Assembly: GCF_001194135.2 (NCBI RefSeq)
Contig: NC_068984.1
Coordinates: forward strand, 106,243,875-106,307,874
Source: Octopus bimaculoides
Taxonomy: Eukaryota
Direction of reading: 5' to 3'
DNA: 64,000 bases
How positions within the stretch are numbered: the stretch's first letter is position 1; each line of letters opens with the position of its first letter. Both the position numbers and the translations under genes were made by a program. This document shows, in pieces, positions 63,250-64,000 of this stretch. The notes under the pieces were generated by a model, which saw only the letters and a program-made list of their open reading frames with translations, made no database searches and was not told the origin of the DNA.

Positions 63250-64000
63250 CTCATCTAACAGTTGGTATTTAGTAAATGAGTGAGTTTGAAACTGTTGCTC
63301 TTATTCCTACTTTCTCCCATGAAGTTGACTCATCTGGGATTCTTGACAGTAGGAAATCCAGTTTAGTTTTGAAGACATCGACATCCATACTATGTAGATC
63401 TCACAGATTCTTTGGGAGGGTATTCAAGAGTTGTGGGCCTTGGAATCCCAAACCATTGTAATATCTGGTCCTATATTCTGATGGTAGAAGAGGGATTTTA
63501 GGTACTATGCAATGGGGCTCTGCTCTGGTGTTTGTATAACTTTCCACACCAAAGTTTGGGACAAGTCCTTCCAGGATCTTCAAGATGTATACTGGAACAT
63601 ATCTTTCCTGCCTTCATTCCAGAGAAATGAAGTTTGAACCTTCTGAGTCTTTCCCAGAAGCTTATTTGTTACATTAGGGCTATCTATTTTTGTGTAGCTT
63701 TTCTGGACTGCTTCAAGTTCTGTTATTAATTTCACACTGTGGTGGCCATAGTTGGGAGCAATAGTCAAGATGACTTACGACAAATGTCCTCCAAAGGACC
63801 ATCATGATTTCCTGCTATCTTGTTCCAAAAGTTCTAAAAATACGTCCACTTTCAGCCCACTTGTGTATTGTGTCTAACACTTGTTGCAGGTGCATGGCAT
63901 AGTCAGGGTTTTGTAGTACCTGTGAGACTTATTTGTCATCTGCATAGCTTGCGAGAACAGCTCTGTGTAGATAAGGGCGTATCTATGAGGACCACTAGAA
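63250..64000 (-). mobile_element. CR1-group LINE 3' portion
   Basis: ELEAVQKSYT..YWERL-like, ERRQERY, KILEGLVPN and GPQLLNTLPKNL..FKTKLDFLLSRIPDE match the CR1-type ORF2 C-terminus. Confidence 0.85.

Noticed and set aside
1-64000. CRISPR arrays, operons, rRNA or true tRNA genes
   Set aside because: No repeat-spacer arrays or rRNA-like sequence were seen. The tRNA-like segments are SINE heads lacking a complete cloverleaf.

Overview
AT-rich animal genomic DNA, not prokaryotic. The SINE, MITE and RTE-tail families point to a coleoid cephalopod, probably Octopus (inference). About ten N-gaps interrupt the window. One host gene is recognisable: focadhesin (FOCAD) on the minus strand. Five phase-compatible GT-AG exons (37594-37748, 29110-29214, 7952-8053, 7530-7722, 5302-5505) splice to 253 codons resembling the N-terminal part of human FOCAD as I recall it. 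The first coding exons and the rest of the gene were not found here. The introns are mostly transposon debris: RTE, R4/Dong-like and CR1-like LINEs, a Penelope-like element, three SINE families, TTAA-flanked MITEs, Tc1, mariner, a Charlie/Buster hAT and Helitrons. Best leads: (1) ORF-less foldback elements whose two arms each carry a decayed type I hammerhead ribozyme; (2) a hammerhead core inside a perfect 25-bp inverted repeat at the 5' end of the Penelope element; (3) an in-frame, stop-containing exon candidate 37 nt behind a FOCAD exon; (4) an RTE with tandem TATA-bearing 5' monomers and a possible intron supplying its ATG; (5) serial local templated insertions around the hAT; (6) an RTE inside a Tc1 inside a Helitron with permuted domains. 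Repeat boundaries are approximate and no database search was run.
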